DNA of 64,000 bases from Phoronis australis (Eukaryota; Animalia; Phoronida): NCBI GenBank assembly GCA_002633005.1, contig NMRA01000015.1, positions 1,347,439 through 1,411,438 of the forward strand. Reading direction: 5' to 3'. The notes beneath the pieces were generated by a model. The model was not told the origin of the DNA. It saw only the letters and a program-made list of their open reading frames with translations, and did not search any database. The stretch's first letter is position 1. Every line of letters starts with the position of its first letter. Shown here in pieces: positions 50,601 through 63,500 of the stretch. The translations under genes were made by a program, and so were the position numbers.

Positions 50601-51727
50601 CTACGTGACGTTTTGAGAGGCAAGAATTTCGCGCCAATTTCTTTTCATATAGTCTGACTATGAGAGCTGTCGAGTCAGTCCTTGATCTACCTCGGTTTTG
50701 ATAAGTTTGGTCGTCGTTTGCTTTTGTTTACGAGTCAGTCAACATGCCGCACTTTTGCTGCGTACTGGGATGTACTCATTATCGCCCGGAGCCTGTAAGC
50801 AGCCCTGCTGCGATGTTGAGTAGGGGGAGTGAGTACAGGCCCCGTTCGACACCCAGTGAAGAGGACAGTTCGTTGTTCAATGAACAGATCAAGGAGCCAA
50901 ACTTTAATAAGTTTATTGTGGACTTGTCTAAAGTATTGGAGCTATTTAGAAGGTGCCAGGTGTGTGGCGAGGCAGTCAGATGGCGGGGTGTAAGCAGTTT
51001 GTGTGCGCAGGTCGATCACTATTCAGTTGGAATGTGGCGCGGGACACTCGGCAAGTGAGACAGTTGTTCCTCTGTCCATGAGACAATAATTAGTACATCG
51101 CGGTACGCAGCAACAGTGTGGCATGTTGACTGACTTGTAAACACAAGCAAATGACTACCGAATTTTTCACAACCTAGATAGAACAGTGGCCGACTCGGCA
51201 GCTCTTGCAGTCAAGACAATATGAAAAGGAATTGGTGCAAAATTCTTGCCTCACAAAACGTCACTTCCGTAGTAGAGAAAGAATAATTAATTAAATTACA
51301 AAAAGCTGTAATTAAGTGGAAAATATGTCTGGGATAACCAACGAACCTTATTTTTGCTAAAAATGACACGAGAAAAGGTTGCCTTCGCCTTTAAGAGAGT
51401 GTATACTCTGTTAATGGCAGTTTGGTATTCAAAATATCAAGAATGATCACGTTTTATAGTGTCCCTTCAGTAAAAAAGGAGTCAAAACGTGCGACACCAA
51501 CCAAGCCTAAAGCACCACCTGTTGTTGAAATCCAGCACAGAGTCAGAGAGGACACTGATGACACTCGTGAACTGGAGCCTGTGGAAGCATTCGATTCGGA
51601 GGGACATTTATTGGTGGCTGGGCAAACCTCCAAGGTGGAGTGGAGTGAGATAGCACCTGGGTCTGACCCAGCCAGTCCTGTCAAGTCTCTCACACCGCTC
51701 TCATTCAAGACCGCTGCTGAGGACTGA
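20616..51727 (+). CDS. RNF17: RING finger protein 17 / TDRD4 (qin/kumo-like germline piRNA-pathway Tudor protein), 39 coding exons, about 1787 aa
   Basis: Hand-spliced, phase-consistent exons: 20616-20667, 22212-22339 (dup 23076-23203), 24502-24617, 24954-25042, 26037-26122, 26463-26524, 27317-27461, 27955-28035, 30077-30177, 30666-30732, 31347-31395, 31873-32068, 32274-32362, 32679-32810, 33266-33427, 33702-33867 (dup 34665-34830), 35493-35577, 35922-35993, 36388-36541, 37418-37533, 38836-38938, 39457-39629, 40087-40143, 40476-40645, 41664-41742, 42177-42370, 42546-42702, 43052-43264, 43532-43674, 44015-44393, 44851-44989, 45244-45416, 45960-46175, 47155-47346, 48150-48294, 48829-48970, 49343-49499, 49927-50042, 51460-51727. 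Domains: RING (CAIC..LNCGHTFCELC..CPDC), two B-boxes, coiled coil, five Tudor cores (WYRA..VDYG) and the RNF17-like motif PVSVRDALVFLEL. Confidence 0.92.
22011..23737. repeat. Tandem 863-bp duplication (22011-22873, N, 22875-23737) containing the RING exon
   Basis: Two near-identical copies separated by a single N at 22874; the exon copies differ only at a synonymous site (GTG/GTC). Confidence 0.95.
22212..22339 (+). CDS. RNF17: RNF17 exon 2, RING finger (copy 1)
   Basis: Acceptor tttcag, donor gtaaac; encodes DVRRPHHTQWTPVLLNCGHTFCELCMSKLSKSNKLTVECPDCK. Confidence 0.9.
23885..23998. repeat. 14-bp minisatellite (GATGTATGCGGTGC)n
   Basis: About 6 near-perfect units plus degenerate upstream units in RNF17 intron 2. 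Confidence 0.9.
26037..27461 (+). CDS. RNF17: RNF17 exons 5-7, two B-box zinc fingers
   Basis: CCECNKNPGTCRCLKCDCIMCAMCFDK|VHKSSRTLRKHQ and CATHDSRIIEYYCEDCLLAICSHCVIVGVHKGH, with GT-AG boundaries. Confidence 0.9.
28153..29602. mobile_element. Non-autonomous Kolobok-like DNA transposon (1450 bp) in RNF17 intron 8
   Basis: Perfect 15-bp TIRs AGGAGAATGCCACCC / GGGTGGCATTCTCCT flanked by TTAA (28149-28152 and 29603-29606). Purine-purine termini with a TTAA target are Kolobok hallmarks. Internal direct repeat with about 59-bp period at 28622 and 28681. Confidence 0.85.
33484..35414. repeat. Tandem duplication of about 970 bp (33484-34457, N, 34459-35414) containing a Tudor exon
   Basis: Near-identical copies separated by a single N at 34458; each holds the 166-nt exon DSIVLAQYSMDNTWYRARV...YVDYGNTEVVPVE with a synonymous GCT/GCC difference. 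Confidence 0.95.
39457..39629 (+). CDS. RNF17: RNF17 exon 22, Tudor domain 2 core
   Basis: GMICAAQFDDNQWYRARVEQMPGRKQIEIQYVDYGNTQLISHWRLRKI. Confidence 0.92.
40568..41085. repeat. 94-bp tandem repeat (5 units plus a partial one) spanning the exon 24 donor
   Basis: Unit TGACACGTCAA...AGTACGGGAGATAG|GTATGTTGAGGTCAC(G/A) starts at 40568, 40663, 40757, 40851, 40945 and 41049; single N at 40662. Confidence 0.95.
41858..42043. mobile_element. hAT-family MITE (186 bp)
   Basis: 14-bp TIRs CAGTGCTGTAGTGG / CCACTACAGCACTG and a perfect 8-bp TSD GTTTAGAA (41850-41857 and 42044-42051); internal 30-bp direct repeat. Confidence 0.92.
44608..44717. repeat. 20-bp minisatellite (CAAGACCTTGTGATATTCAG) x5.5
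   Basis: Directly visible head-to-tail units in RNF17 intron 30. Confidence 0.95.
45411..45660. repeat. G-rich degenerate GACTGAGGT repeat starting at the exon 32 donor
   Basis: Repeated (G)ACTGAGGT/GCTGAGGT motifs plus a second copy of the exon end and donor at about 45569-45620; N at 45517. Confidence 0.8.
49491..49660. repeat. 20-bp tandem repeat of the exon 37 donor (ATAGTCAAG|GTCAGTGT..)
   Basis: About 8 units at an exact 20-bp period, starting inside the exon. Confidence 0.93.
50185..50372 (+). mobile_element. Fragment of the same family as the right end of 7220-9124
   Basis: TTTTTTGCTAAATTTTAC..CACGTG..CAATTA..CAGAAAATATATACTTTTACT..TAAGGTCCTACA matches about 8935-9120. Confidence 0.65.
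50486..51390 (+). mobile_element. Internally deleted Kolobok DNA transposon with long TIRs in the last RNF17 intron
   Basis: TTAA flanks (50482-50485 and 51391-51394) and about 200-bp imperfect TIRs starting AGGCGA. Internal ORF 50744-51058 begins with a THAP-type MPHFCCVLGC and contains NKFIVDLSKVLELFRRCQVCG, resembling the Kolobok transposase N-terminal region. Confidence 0.85.
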
Positions 51728-52223
51728 TATGAATCCCTTTGTTATTATTATGAGATTAATAAGAGATAGTTGGACAAGTTGTTGATGAAAAAGGCTGACT
51801 TACTGGACATTGATATGTACTTATGTTTGTTAATTCAATTGTCATCAAGACTGAATTAGCGTTCTACTCGGCTCGGTCCAATCCAATTCTTGTGTTGTTA
51901 TAATTTTGTCGTTGTTATTACGTTATGTATTTTATAAGGATACCATAATACATTTTGTAGTATTAATGTGCTTACTTACCGTTTACTTTCCCCCAAAGAT
52001 ACAAATAGATATGGAACCTAGGATTGGGACTCCATTCCACACGAAGCAAAAAAGAATATATGGAAGGCATAGTTAGGTTGTTCTAGTATGGAGAGAACGA
52101 AAATTGAAATCACTTCATTTTCATTCAAAGTATGTTAATCAGAAAATCTAATTTCTAAATCAAGGTTTCTCCATGCACGTAGTCAACTTCCGTCAGTTAA
52201 ATCTGCAGTGTGTCGTCAAACAC

Positions 52224-52706
52224 AATAAATACTGTTTATTTATGCTGTTGTAAAAACCCAGTGGATCACTAATTCAATGAAGTTCACATGCTGTGGGACT
52301 GTTTTTCCAGGCAAAAAGGAGGTTGATTGGGTGTGGACCAAGCAGTACAAGGGGGTGGGATTTGTACATCCAAGCGAGGATAACTCGTAAGTAGGGGAGG
52401 GCGCATAACCCGAGGAAAGGTAAATGGTGTTGGTATAGTATGGAGAAATGCGAGACATTTGTTCATGGTAAATGAATACTGATTGTGAGAATGACTCTGC
52501 AAGGGAGGTAACAAGACTGCTCACATTGACAGTGTCCAGTGAAAAGGGTTGTGTGAATACTGTCACCATAAATGTTTAGTGCAGTCTCTAGACTACCGCC
52601 TTGTCTTGATATTTGTTTGCATTTGAAGGTTGGTTATAATATGACACAACACCAGGTGACATAAAATATTTGATAAATCAAAAGCAAAGAATTAACTTCA
52701 AATAAA
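52224..52706 (+). terminator. Candidate RNF17 polyadenylation signals
   Basis: AATAAA at 52224 and 52701 downstream of the stop; composition shifts from T/G-rich to A/C-rich near 52700. Confidence 0.45.
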
Positions 52707-54596
52707 TAATTTCATTTTAGCAATTTTAACATCACAAAGACGTACACCGGGAAACAGTCACCCTGTAGTCAATCTATAACATGTTTACTGCTGACACGAT
52801 GGTTGTCATGAAGTTTGCACTCTATCTAGAATGCAAACCTGGATACCACATTTAAGTAACAAATCCATCCATCACAGTGTATAATCTGAGTATATACCAG
52901 GGTACTGTAGTTTGAGACTTCTATTGTCTCCCAGGGGACACGTTCCATGAAAGTTTAAGTTTGGGTACAGGAATAGCATCACAAGTCGCGTGTAACCACA
53001 CGTCACATGGCATCACGTCACATCAGATGTAATAACAAACTTGGTACAAGTTCCAGCACGTGGGCCCCAAGTGATGTCCCATTTACCTGAGAGTGGAATA
53101 ATATTCAGTAACGTTCAGGTATACACTTATGCCCTTGGTCACCAATTGGGTGATACTAAGCTGATCCTGTCGATTGAATTAAATCCCATGATGGAGCAAT
53201 TTTTATCACGAGTAAAGGCAATGGATGATTTTTTTGACACCAACACCTCTCCAGTGCTCCGGATGAAAGCTGCATTGTGGGACAATAGGACCATATTTCC
53301 GCTACAAACGTGGATCGGCATCTAGATACAGTGGCAATGCCTACCTTGCACAAACTCACACTTACATGAATGTGTCACCACACTTGGCTGGGAGTTATTA
53401 GCTCGTGTGAATCTAACTTGGCACACACTTTGAATAAAACCAACATCAGTAAAATCATATTCACACACGTGTTAAGTGTATGTACAAGAAGTAATAATTA
53501 TACCAAAGTTTAAACCTATACAGAAATCAATTTTTGATAGCTTTCAGTAATGCTTAATATCTTTCACAAAGTAGAGTTTTAATTCTCCCAAAAGCTGCAG
53601 AAAATGTGTAATCACTGGAGAGAAAATGGCGGTCCTCGAAAACACATAGACATGTCTTGACAAGATCTACAGTACTGTCAACTTCCTTTTCAAACATTAA
53701 AACAGAGCGTTTATTACTTTAACCATTTGGGTTGATGCTCAAGGTGTTAAACTTGGAAAAATGCAAAAATCTGAGGACCAGCATTAAACCAAGTACAACA
53801 GCACATAGGTTTTCAAATGTAAATTTTTTGGCAATTCACAACTCGGCGTTAGCCAAAATGGACTTTCAGAGTTGAATTCGGGGATCAGTGTTAATCAAAC
53901 GGCGTTAACCCAAACAGATAGAGAAGTACCAAAACCTTGCCATGTTCTGTCTATTGTGGCGAAATCTATGTTCAGAACCAGACACTTTCTTTTCAGTGTA
54001 CATACACACTGATGGCACAGCCCAAGCCAACCATACACTGGCTGTACTAGTGATACCTTCAAGAGTGCCCCCCACTAAATACATCAGCTCTATAACTGCT
54101 CCACTTACCAACATGATAGCATAAAATACAAAAATAGATCTTAATACAAATATTAAATTTTCTGTACAAAACCAATCAAGTAAGAAATATGTACACAATT
54201 GCACGTAAAATTTGGCATTTTGTAACTACATGAGTCATGCAATAAATTAAATAAATAGACACAAAATGTTATTGCAATAGCACAAGCATTTTTTGTTAAA
54301 AACTAACAACGTCCTCAAATGCATTAAGAAGTTTTGTGTGTGTTCAAAACAACACCACTAATCTCATTGAATAAATGTCCAATCAATGTACGACAAACAC
54401 ACAAAATTAAGGCAAGCCTATTCAAATCTTGAAAAAAGCTATTCACAGTATCTAACAAAATCACAAGCGATGGGACTTTAATCCCAAAACGTACACCAAT
54501 GAGGTCATTACGCGCACAAACAACTTATTACCCATATATTCCACAGTTGCAAGCATGCAGACATGCAAGCAACCTTGTACTCCTAGCTCCATCTAG

Positions 54597-57500
54597 CTAC
54601 AGCGCCGACTCGATACCTGAGCTAATGTGACTATCGAGGCTGGCTGAGTCACTATCATTGCTGTTGGGGCTTGGATAGCTGGCTGCTTCCTGTAGTTTCA
54701 TCAACATGTTTAGCTGAAACAGATAGGTTATAGCCACAATTTAGCAATGTCACCTCAACTCCACTGGTATAACATACAGAAACTAATTGAAAGGATATCA
54801 ATTGTAACTGCTCTCTTAATCAGAACATTGACCTCATTTAGCACCTGCAGAAATTTAACAAAATTGACTTCATCTTTCTGTTAACAAGCACACTAAGTTT
54901 CCGAATGTCAATTTCATAACTTTAAGGATTCAATCACATTCACAAAGCTCTTGACCGTACTTGCTTTTGGTTAGAAGACATGATGTCCAATGTGCAAGGT
55001 TACCTCAAACACTACCTACCAGGGGGTCCTTGTCACTAGCGCCATCATTGGCCTGTTTAGTGCCAGCATCCAGACTAACGTCTTCTTCACGTAGTCTAAC
55101 CAGTGACTTGACTTCGTCCTTCTTGACCCAAGGGTACGTACTGACCACCCACTCAGCTGGGTCCTCCCATGCTGACCGACGGCCATAGGTCTGAATGAAG
55201 GAGAAACACAATCCCAGGTAAAACCTAATGCAATTTAATGTGATATTATGCAAGCATTCTTTTAAATAACATAATTCTTTAGTTATTGTAACGAAAATAC
55301 TTGACATTGTCATTTTTCAAAGACTAGGTAACTTGCAACGTAAAAATACACCATATGCTAACAGTATAAATGAATTCCTTTGACGTCTATATTTACCAAG
55401 AAATAAATCGCACAACACACTGTGAGCTAATAAAACAAGAGACTAACAGCCACAGTTGAGAATGTGACCGGAAAATAGCTTTGCTAAAGCAAGCAGGTCA
55501 TTCATACACCATCAATTGTTAACTGACCTGTATACCATCCCTGACAGCTTCTAATAAGTAGGGCACAATGGAGTAGTTCCATAAATCTGTCAGCCAGATC
55601 TGAGAGCCAGCTATGTCCATGGGGCAGGAGAGGAAAAGTTGTGGGCCTAGTAAAACAACATTAACGATCAGATGTTAATTACATGGCACCTGCTAAATAC
55701 TGTCATTCAGTGAATGATTTATACACTGTAACCCTGGTACGCACATGCAATGGAACAACAATAATCAAAACAAGAGAACAATGAAATATGATGATGCCAG
55801 AAAGGCAACATTGAAAATGTCAAGAATCGTTTCCCCCAAACCGGTGTGACCTGAGTAGTATGCAGAGGAGAGGTTTTAGGGCAAATTTGTTCTCACAAAC
55901 TCTCTAAGTCAAATTACAGAGCCTCCAACAATATTCACTTTAAAGCCCAATATACAAACAAAAAGTGTATGTCATATAATGATGACTAACCAATAGCTAC
56001 TTCAGCAGAACTGTGTAGTTCCAGAAACTTGTTGAGGTGTTGCCACAGTTTGGGCAGCCAATCAATGATGGCCCCCAGGTCTGTATGGCGAGTTCCCGTC
56101 TGTACTTCCACACCGGTCAACTTGCGCCGCAGGTAGCGGCTCAACAGGCCTTTCACTGGCTCCATGTGATTAGCACACAACACCCACCTACAACAGGTGA
56201 AGGAATCGAGCTTGTTAAAACCCCCACACTACATAACAAGGGTGCTCAGAGAATAAACATCGGAAATGAGCCTTCTATTAATTAACCTTATCCTGGTTAA
56301 ACACTCTGATAGTAAGGGCAGGTTATGATTTTTTACTCAAAAGCAGTAAAGCCAAGATTAAGCACAAGAGTTCTCATATCCAAGCCTTAACTTGCAATGA
56401 CAAATGAAGAACCACATGCAATATAATGACTGAGCTGTTGTTACCACGTCAGTTGTTCCACACTACCTTACACAAACATTGTTTAACTCTGAATGCAAGT
56501 TCTAATTGATAAAGACCCTTGTGTTGCTTTCACGAGCCACCAAACTTCTGCAAGTAAACACACTTCACGATAGACAACGCACATGCTTTCTTACCTGAAG
56601 TTGTGGTGTAACTGTAGGTTGGTGGTACATCCACTCGTTTGACTTGTGGTGCCAATGATGTAGGGGCTGTAATGAAACCAGAAGGTTTGAATACTGAGCA
56701 GGCATAGAGGACCAAATGAGACTGACTTGGGACAACGATGATACTTGGCCAGCACTACAACAGGAAGGGTTGTCATAAACAGAGACGGGTAGGAACCAAA
56801 GTGACCAGAAACATTTTGCACCAGAAGCACCACAACTTGTGGAGAATGCTCAAAATGGCAGCATTACCAAACACTAACGATTTTGTAGTACAGTGTGCAC
56901 TACTCACCATCTCTGGTAACGGTGACTTAGGAAACCATTGAAGATGTCTGTGAGGGAGCCAACATGGTGCAGGTTGTCCAGAATAACAACAGAGGGTAGC
57001 TCAGTCATGCTGGAATTCTCGCACTGCTCTGCTATATTGGCCAGGTACTGACGGAGGTCTTTGCTGCTCTTGTGTTCCACGTTGAAGGTGGCGATGGTGC
57101 CAGCAGTCAGCGCCTTATTACACCTAGTTACAGTAGAAGACAAGGGCATAACATGCAACGATCAAGGAAGTGTCAGGTTATGTATTATGCAACACGCTTG
57201 ACAAGGTCAGATCAAAACATGTATCACATCAAAAGAGCTGTAATTTTATAATGTGTACGGAACAATCCACCACAGCACATAATTTCTTGTCATAGACTTT
57301 ATAATTGCACTTTGGGGTAATGAAAGAGGGACTGGGGTTTAATAGGGGATTACACCTTCTACCCATTCTGCATCACACCCTCGATAAGCAACCTGTATGT
57401 ACACTCATATGTATTACACTTCTTTGTATTACACACGTATTGATTTGATGTGGGAACAAAGGTGAATTCAAGGTTACACTCCCCATTAAAATTTACAACA

Positions 57501-60500
57501 ATTATCCAACAGAAAGACAACCATCAACAGCTGAAGACGTGGATCAAGAAATTTCACTCGAAGCACAAAAAACAAGCATTGAAGTGTTGAAGCCACATGT
57601 ATCAACTCACCTCTTGACCAAATGTTCAGCCATCCTATTAGCCAAGTATGTCTTTCCTGTACCACTCGGCCCACACAGTATTATCCTCTTGTGTTCTAGT
57701 AGTAGTGAGATATATCTCTGTAGTATAGACTTGGGGATAAGACTGTCAAAGGCCAGTGCATCCACACAGCCTTGGTTGGTGCCGCGTAGACAGATCTGGA
57801 TGTCGGTTGTCTCGCCCACTAGGTAACCACATGGTAACAACTCGGGCATGTCACAGCCAGCTGAGGAGAAAAGACACAGGGTTAGCAGACCTGAACTTTG
57901 AACTTTGAACCTCGACTATCAAACCTTGTGCAATATCTTTCTTTGTTACCGCGATTATTTCATAATTCTTCACATTGCTATGGCAAAAGACCATTGTAAT
58001 GATTACTATCTTTTATTACAACCACAACACTTTACAATGAGGTTTCCAATTAAAAGTAAAATTATTCATATGCATATGCATGAAGGGTGCTTTGTGACAT
58101 TTTTGCATTTGCAAAGCGAGGTGACAAAGAGCAGTATGTCAAGACACTGTATAGATGAGTGCTGGAGTGGACAGGTCAACAGCAGGTCACAATTACTGAC
58201 ATTAAACCATTCTTACCATGACTACTACAAGGGAAGAGAGAAGTTATTAGAATGCAGTTGAAATTAACTGGGAATGAACTTACAGCTTGCTCGACACACT
58301 TCTCCCACTTGGTAGTGATAGATGCTCTCTGGACTCAGACCCATGTTGGCCATCACATCTACGCGTACAATGTACTCCTTGAATATCCGCCTGACCAGTG
58401 AGTCCAGCGCATCCCACTTGGTCTTGGGGCTGACCACCACGGACCCAATACAAGTGGCGCTTCCCTGTGGACAAGTATAAGCCATCACATGAAACAGCAG
58501 TTCCACAAATATGTGGTCAACCCACAGTAAGGAATGTAATAAAAATACATTAAACAGCATGGCCAAGGTGCAACTTTAGGGACTTCAAGGACTACAATCT
58601 GGACCCGCTATTATCAGACTTGGCTAGGCTAGTCCATCAGGAGAGAAAAAAATGAAAGCTAACACCTCCATTTGTCAGGCAATTCTTTTAATGCCATCAG
58701 ATCAATTTGTATGGGCGAGACAATGCATATCATTGCCAAACAAGAACTTGCGGTTTGCTCTGGAATTTCGGCGTCTAAAGGAGGTGAGCAGGCAAATTGT
58801 GAATTTATATCATGACATGTTGACAAGTGTATCTACTGAGTATGTACATACCTCTGTTTCTTCAGCTGACACTGAGACTGTTACTCGTTTACCCTCAGGC
58901 ACGTCTGGCTCTGTAATCAACATGTAAACATTCACATTTACCGTTAAATCAACATGTACACAGTCACATTTACAGCCAAATGACATATATGTTTACAAAT
59001 GTTCCACTATCTGCTCCATTTCCAAATGTTTCAACAGCACTGCATGCTGATGCACAAATCAACAGAAAGCCATGAAGTAATTCCAATCTCAAGAACCATA
59101 TGTAAAAAGTCAATATTTGCAGCTGTGGTTAAACAATTGATTAACTATTGTATGTCAACAAAATGGTGGCATCAGGCCAATTGACGTCCACTTAGCACTA
59201 TCCTCAAGTTAAACAGCCCATAGAATGAGGACATTAGGGTGTGTAGGACAGTCTCTGCTATAGTATAGTAGTTCCACTCATCACCCGTTAGATATTGACC
59301 ATGTGTGGTCATTTACCTCAGGACAAATTTTGGGCATTAAATATTGAGCAATTCCAAAACTTGAATTTGATTCTCCTATTACTATACTTCACATTTATTC
59401 TAGATTTTTGAGGTCTTAACTACCACCACTGTGTGGAGAGGGGAAACCTACCATTCTCTGCTGCAATCTGCTGAGGTACTGATGTACATGACGAACTCAT
59501 TGACGAGTGGTGAGACATAGACATACGCTGGAGTCTGTCATTAGCCACCTTCAGAGAACTCATTTCAATCTGTACAATTATAGAAATACACATGTGTTAA
59601 ACATCATGAGTTGGACAATAATCACAGTGTTTAAAAAGAAATATCAACAGACTTGATGGCTCATACTGGTGGAATATTTTAAACAACTATTTACATGAAG
59701 ATGTGGTAAATAGTCTGTTATTTCAATTCCCCTACATGTGTTCAGACACTACAGTTTACTGTTCATGCAGTAAAATCTCACCACACAACATGGGGGGGAC
59801 AAGTGACATTTTGTTTTATTTTTTTAATAGTACCAAATAAACAATTTACCATGATTTTAAAGCACAAATATGAAACGTTATGCACATTCAGAACAATGTC
59901 AAAATGCAATTTTAGCAGAGTTCCCAAAAGACTCCCTAAAACCAAGAGCCTTGGCAATACCAGTGTTCTAGCCCCCCCCCCCCCCCACATACCCCCAATC
60001 CCATTACAAACCTTCATCTTGTTCAACATCTCCTTCATCTGTTCCAACTGATGAGCCTGTGACAGTGCGTCCAGTCTCGTATCAGTCAGTTTGCTGTCTT
60101 TGTCTCTTAACTGTCGCTTCAGGTCTTCCAAGTCGGCATGCTCACCAGACAACCTGCAGAATTACACATAACAGTGATGAGACATCAACCAAACACACCA
60201 AACAACCTGCAGAATTACAAATAAGAGTGATGAGAAGCCAACCAAATACTACAATGAAAACAGGATGAGTTTCCAACAACTGTCTTTTATACACAAAAGT
60301 ATCTTCGTATAACTAGGCTCAGCTGTCACAAATTAAAGAAAATGTGTGACGTACCCTTCATACAAAAACATTTTTACTACTAAACCATGTGTTTCCTTCA
60401 CCTCATAATCCATTCATACATTATACAGCAAGAGTATGAAAATATGGGATAACCAATTTTAGTATGTCCAGCAAGAAACTGACCTTGAAATGACCTTGAA

Positions 60501-63500
60501 ATATATTCGTACCTCTGAGTGCCATTTTGCCCTTTTCGATGCCCGACATTAAAAACACGGGGCAATGCTCACGCCTGATGAGGTTGCCATTGTTATGGAA
60601 ACCAAGACATTATTGGATGGTAAAGCTCTTGACTTACCCAGATGCTGAGTGTGAGGTCTTGATCCTGTCAGTGGACAACATGGGTGAGCAAGGCACAGAC
60701 ATTTCTGACCGACTGTCAATATCAGCTTCACCATCCTTCTCACCATCTTTCTTCTTTTTACCAGAGAAGGCTTTGCTGAATGAGCTACGCAGCTAAATGA
60801 AAGAGAAAGGTGGCCAGGCATTAAATGATGATAGTATACTCTCAAACATGTCTGCAGAGTGTCACCATGGACACATGTTGTGCCATAGCATTTGATGTTA
60901 TATTACTACATAGTGATGATTTGTCAAGTTAAAATACAGGAACACTATACATGAAAACCAATGCTGATTATCAATTTCCTTGACCTAATACAAAAGTAGA
61001 CAAGTAAACAGATATTGTGCAACATAGTATCTAAGTGACATTTTTTGTCACACTTCCAAAAGTAATATATAACCAGCAAGTCTCCAAACGTTAACTGATA
61101 TTTCACTGTGCAAACAGGTGACATCATCAGAAATTGGATAATAATTCACAAAAGCCTATAGGCCAACGACAAAATAGACATAGGATAGGAACTACGTACC
61201 CAACTTTTCTTTTTCTTCTTCTTGTCAATATCTGTAGCATTCGACTGTGCACTAGTGGTGCTGCATGAGCTGGACACACTGGATAGACTCTCTGATGACA
61301 TCTGTCTACTGAGACCAACTGCAATGGATGAACAATTTCTTTATACACACTGTAGGTAGGAGTGTACAGTAAAACATCTGTTAATGTTAATGGTTAACAT
61401 TCAAACACAGTATTTACACATTGCTTGTATCTTCATTCACAATTAACCACCACGCTTCAACTAGTCTGCAAATGATGCTATCTTTTCACATAATATCACT
61501 TGACATCACATACAGACACAGTCTACTCCTGATGTTAATATTTCGCAGTGAATAATCCAGCAGCATTTAATGTCTGTCAGTGATGCTGCAATATAGAACC
61601 ATGTCTTAACAAGGCACTTACAAATAGAGAACAAAACAAAAGTAATCACACTAAATACAGTGTCCCCATCATGACACGAATTATTTTTACAGCAAAAACG
61701 ACTCGTAATAACCAATACAGCGGAAAAATTCAAGTAACAGAATGGCTCAGCCACCTTTAACTTTACCTGTTAATTGCCCTGTCATGAGGGAAGAATACTG
61801 TGATGGTGAACTGGTCTTCAGTACAACTGTTGTGACAGGGAATTATGGGTCATCTTATCTGAATACTTTTGGCATGTACTGTGTATGTATAAATCTTATC
61901 TAACACATTGACAGGTACTGTGTATGTGTAAATCTTGTTCTCCAACACATTGACATATTTTGTGCTTAATGTTATTATCAAACACATTGACATGTACTGT
62001 GTATGTGTAAATCTTGTTATCCAACACATTGACATGTACTGTGTATGTATAAATCTTGTTATCCAACACATACCTGAACCATTAGAGCAGACACTCATAG
62101 TTCTACGAGACATTTCTGGACTGATGAGGCCAACATCAGTAAGTCGTTGAATACCATGCTGGTGCTTCAGAGCGTCTATGGTGGCTCTCAGCTCAGACAG
62201 CTCATTGTCCTGTAAACACAATTACTGTTACTTCGGCAGAACATGTGGCTTTAAATACACTCAGATTTCCACTTCAATTCAATCAAAAACTTCATAAAAT
62301 GAATTTGATTGCAAACCAATCTAGCTATTCTCAAATCATGGTCTCTCAATACGTAATCAAATTGAACTTTTGGTGGTGTACCAACAAAACGGCTGCCACC
62401 ATAGAACGGCAATTGTGTTTGTGCTGAATTTAGTGAAGAAACTGCCATATTTTCATGGTAAAAATATTTTATAGCACAATTTACATGTAAAATAAGATAT
62501 AATAAGTTATAAATTGACTATTAATATAATAAAACAAAACACAATTTAAGTTTTAAAACTCTGCCCTCATCCCATTGTTAAGTCAATTATTCCAGTGAAG
62601 TTATTTTTAAAATTTCAAGTGCCTGTGATTTGGTTTAATTCAACAAAACAAATGAGTATTGACAAGCAGTAAGTTGGCTTTCTCAATTCGTGAGACTAGT
62701 AACATTTTACTAATTGAAATTACAGTTGGTAAAGAATTAAATGGAAATGCTACCTCATCAGACGTCGCAGTTAATTTGCAACACAAAAGAGCAAAGACTT
62801 ACGACTGTGAACAGTTTCATAGTCCATTAACACAAACAGAGCCCAGTTAGACTAGAAACATTGCACAGCCATGAATCACACATGAGAGACAACTATTGCC
62901 ATAAAAACATAAAGTAGTCGAGCAGAAAAAAGAAAAAATCTTTTTCTCATCAAGTCCAGGCAGCGGAGTAATTAAAATCAGACCGACTAGGCATACAGCG
63001 TTTAAGAAACTAGAACCATTTCCCTACTTTTTGTTGAGCTGTAGATGTTAACTGCTGCAGTCGCACTGTCATGTTAGCCAGACTCTGTTCAAATGCTGAC
63101 ACCACATGGGCCTGTAATATCAACAAATGCAACTTTCAATCATTCTGGTTAAGAAGGGGAGTTGGTAGGGATATTAGCTTGTAACATAGTAAGCCAGAGC
63201 CAGTCTGGTTTAACAGTTGAGTAAATAAAAGTAAACATCTAATGGTTGGCAATACAACGGTGAATACCAGGCTACATGAACAGGTATCAGGCAAGCTGAC
63301 TTCCACTGTACAACTATCCTCTTATCTGACCAAATCAGCTATTGAATAGGAAGAAGGGCTTCAAGTATAGGAGATCAGCTGATCAACACTCCGGCATACT
63401 GCGCGGTGACTGATCTTGCTTGTCGAACCTTCCCACCTCTAACAACAAATTAGCCTCGGGCATATCAGTGACACATTAGAGCCAATGAGTTTTAATGTTG

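Noticed and set aside
53041-54204. ORFs between RNF17 and NAV as a third gene
   Set aside because: Short, no motifs, and within the likely NAV 3' UTR.
60513-60574. Extra NAV mini-exon with AG/GT boundaries
   Set aside because: 62 nt would break the frame, and the flanking exons already join in phase.
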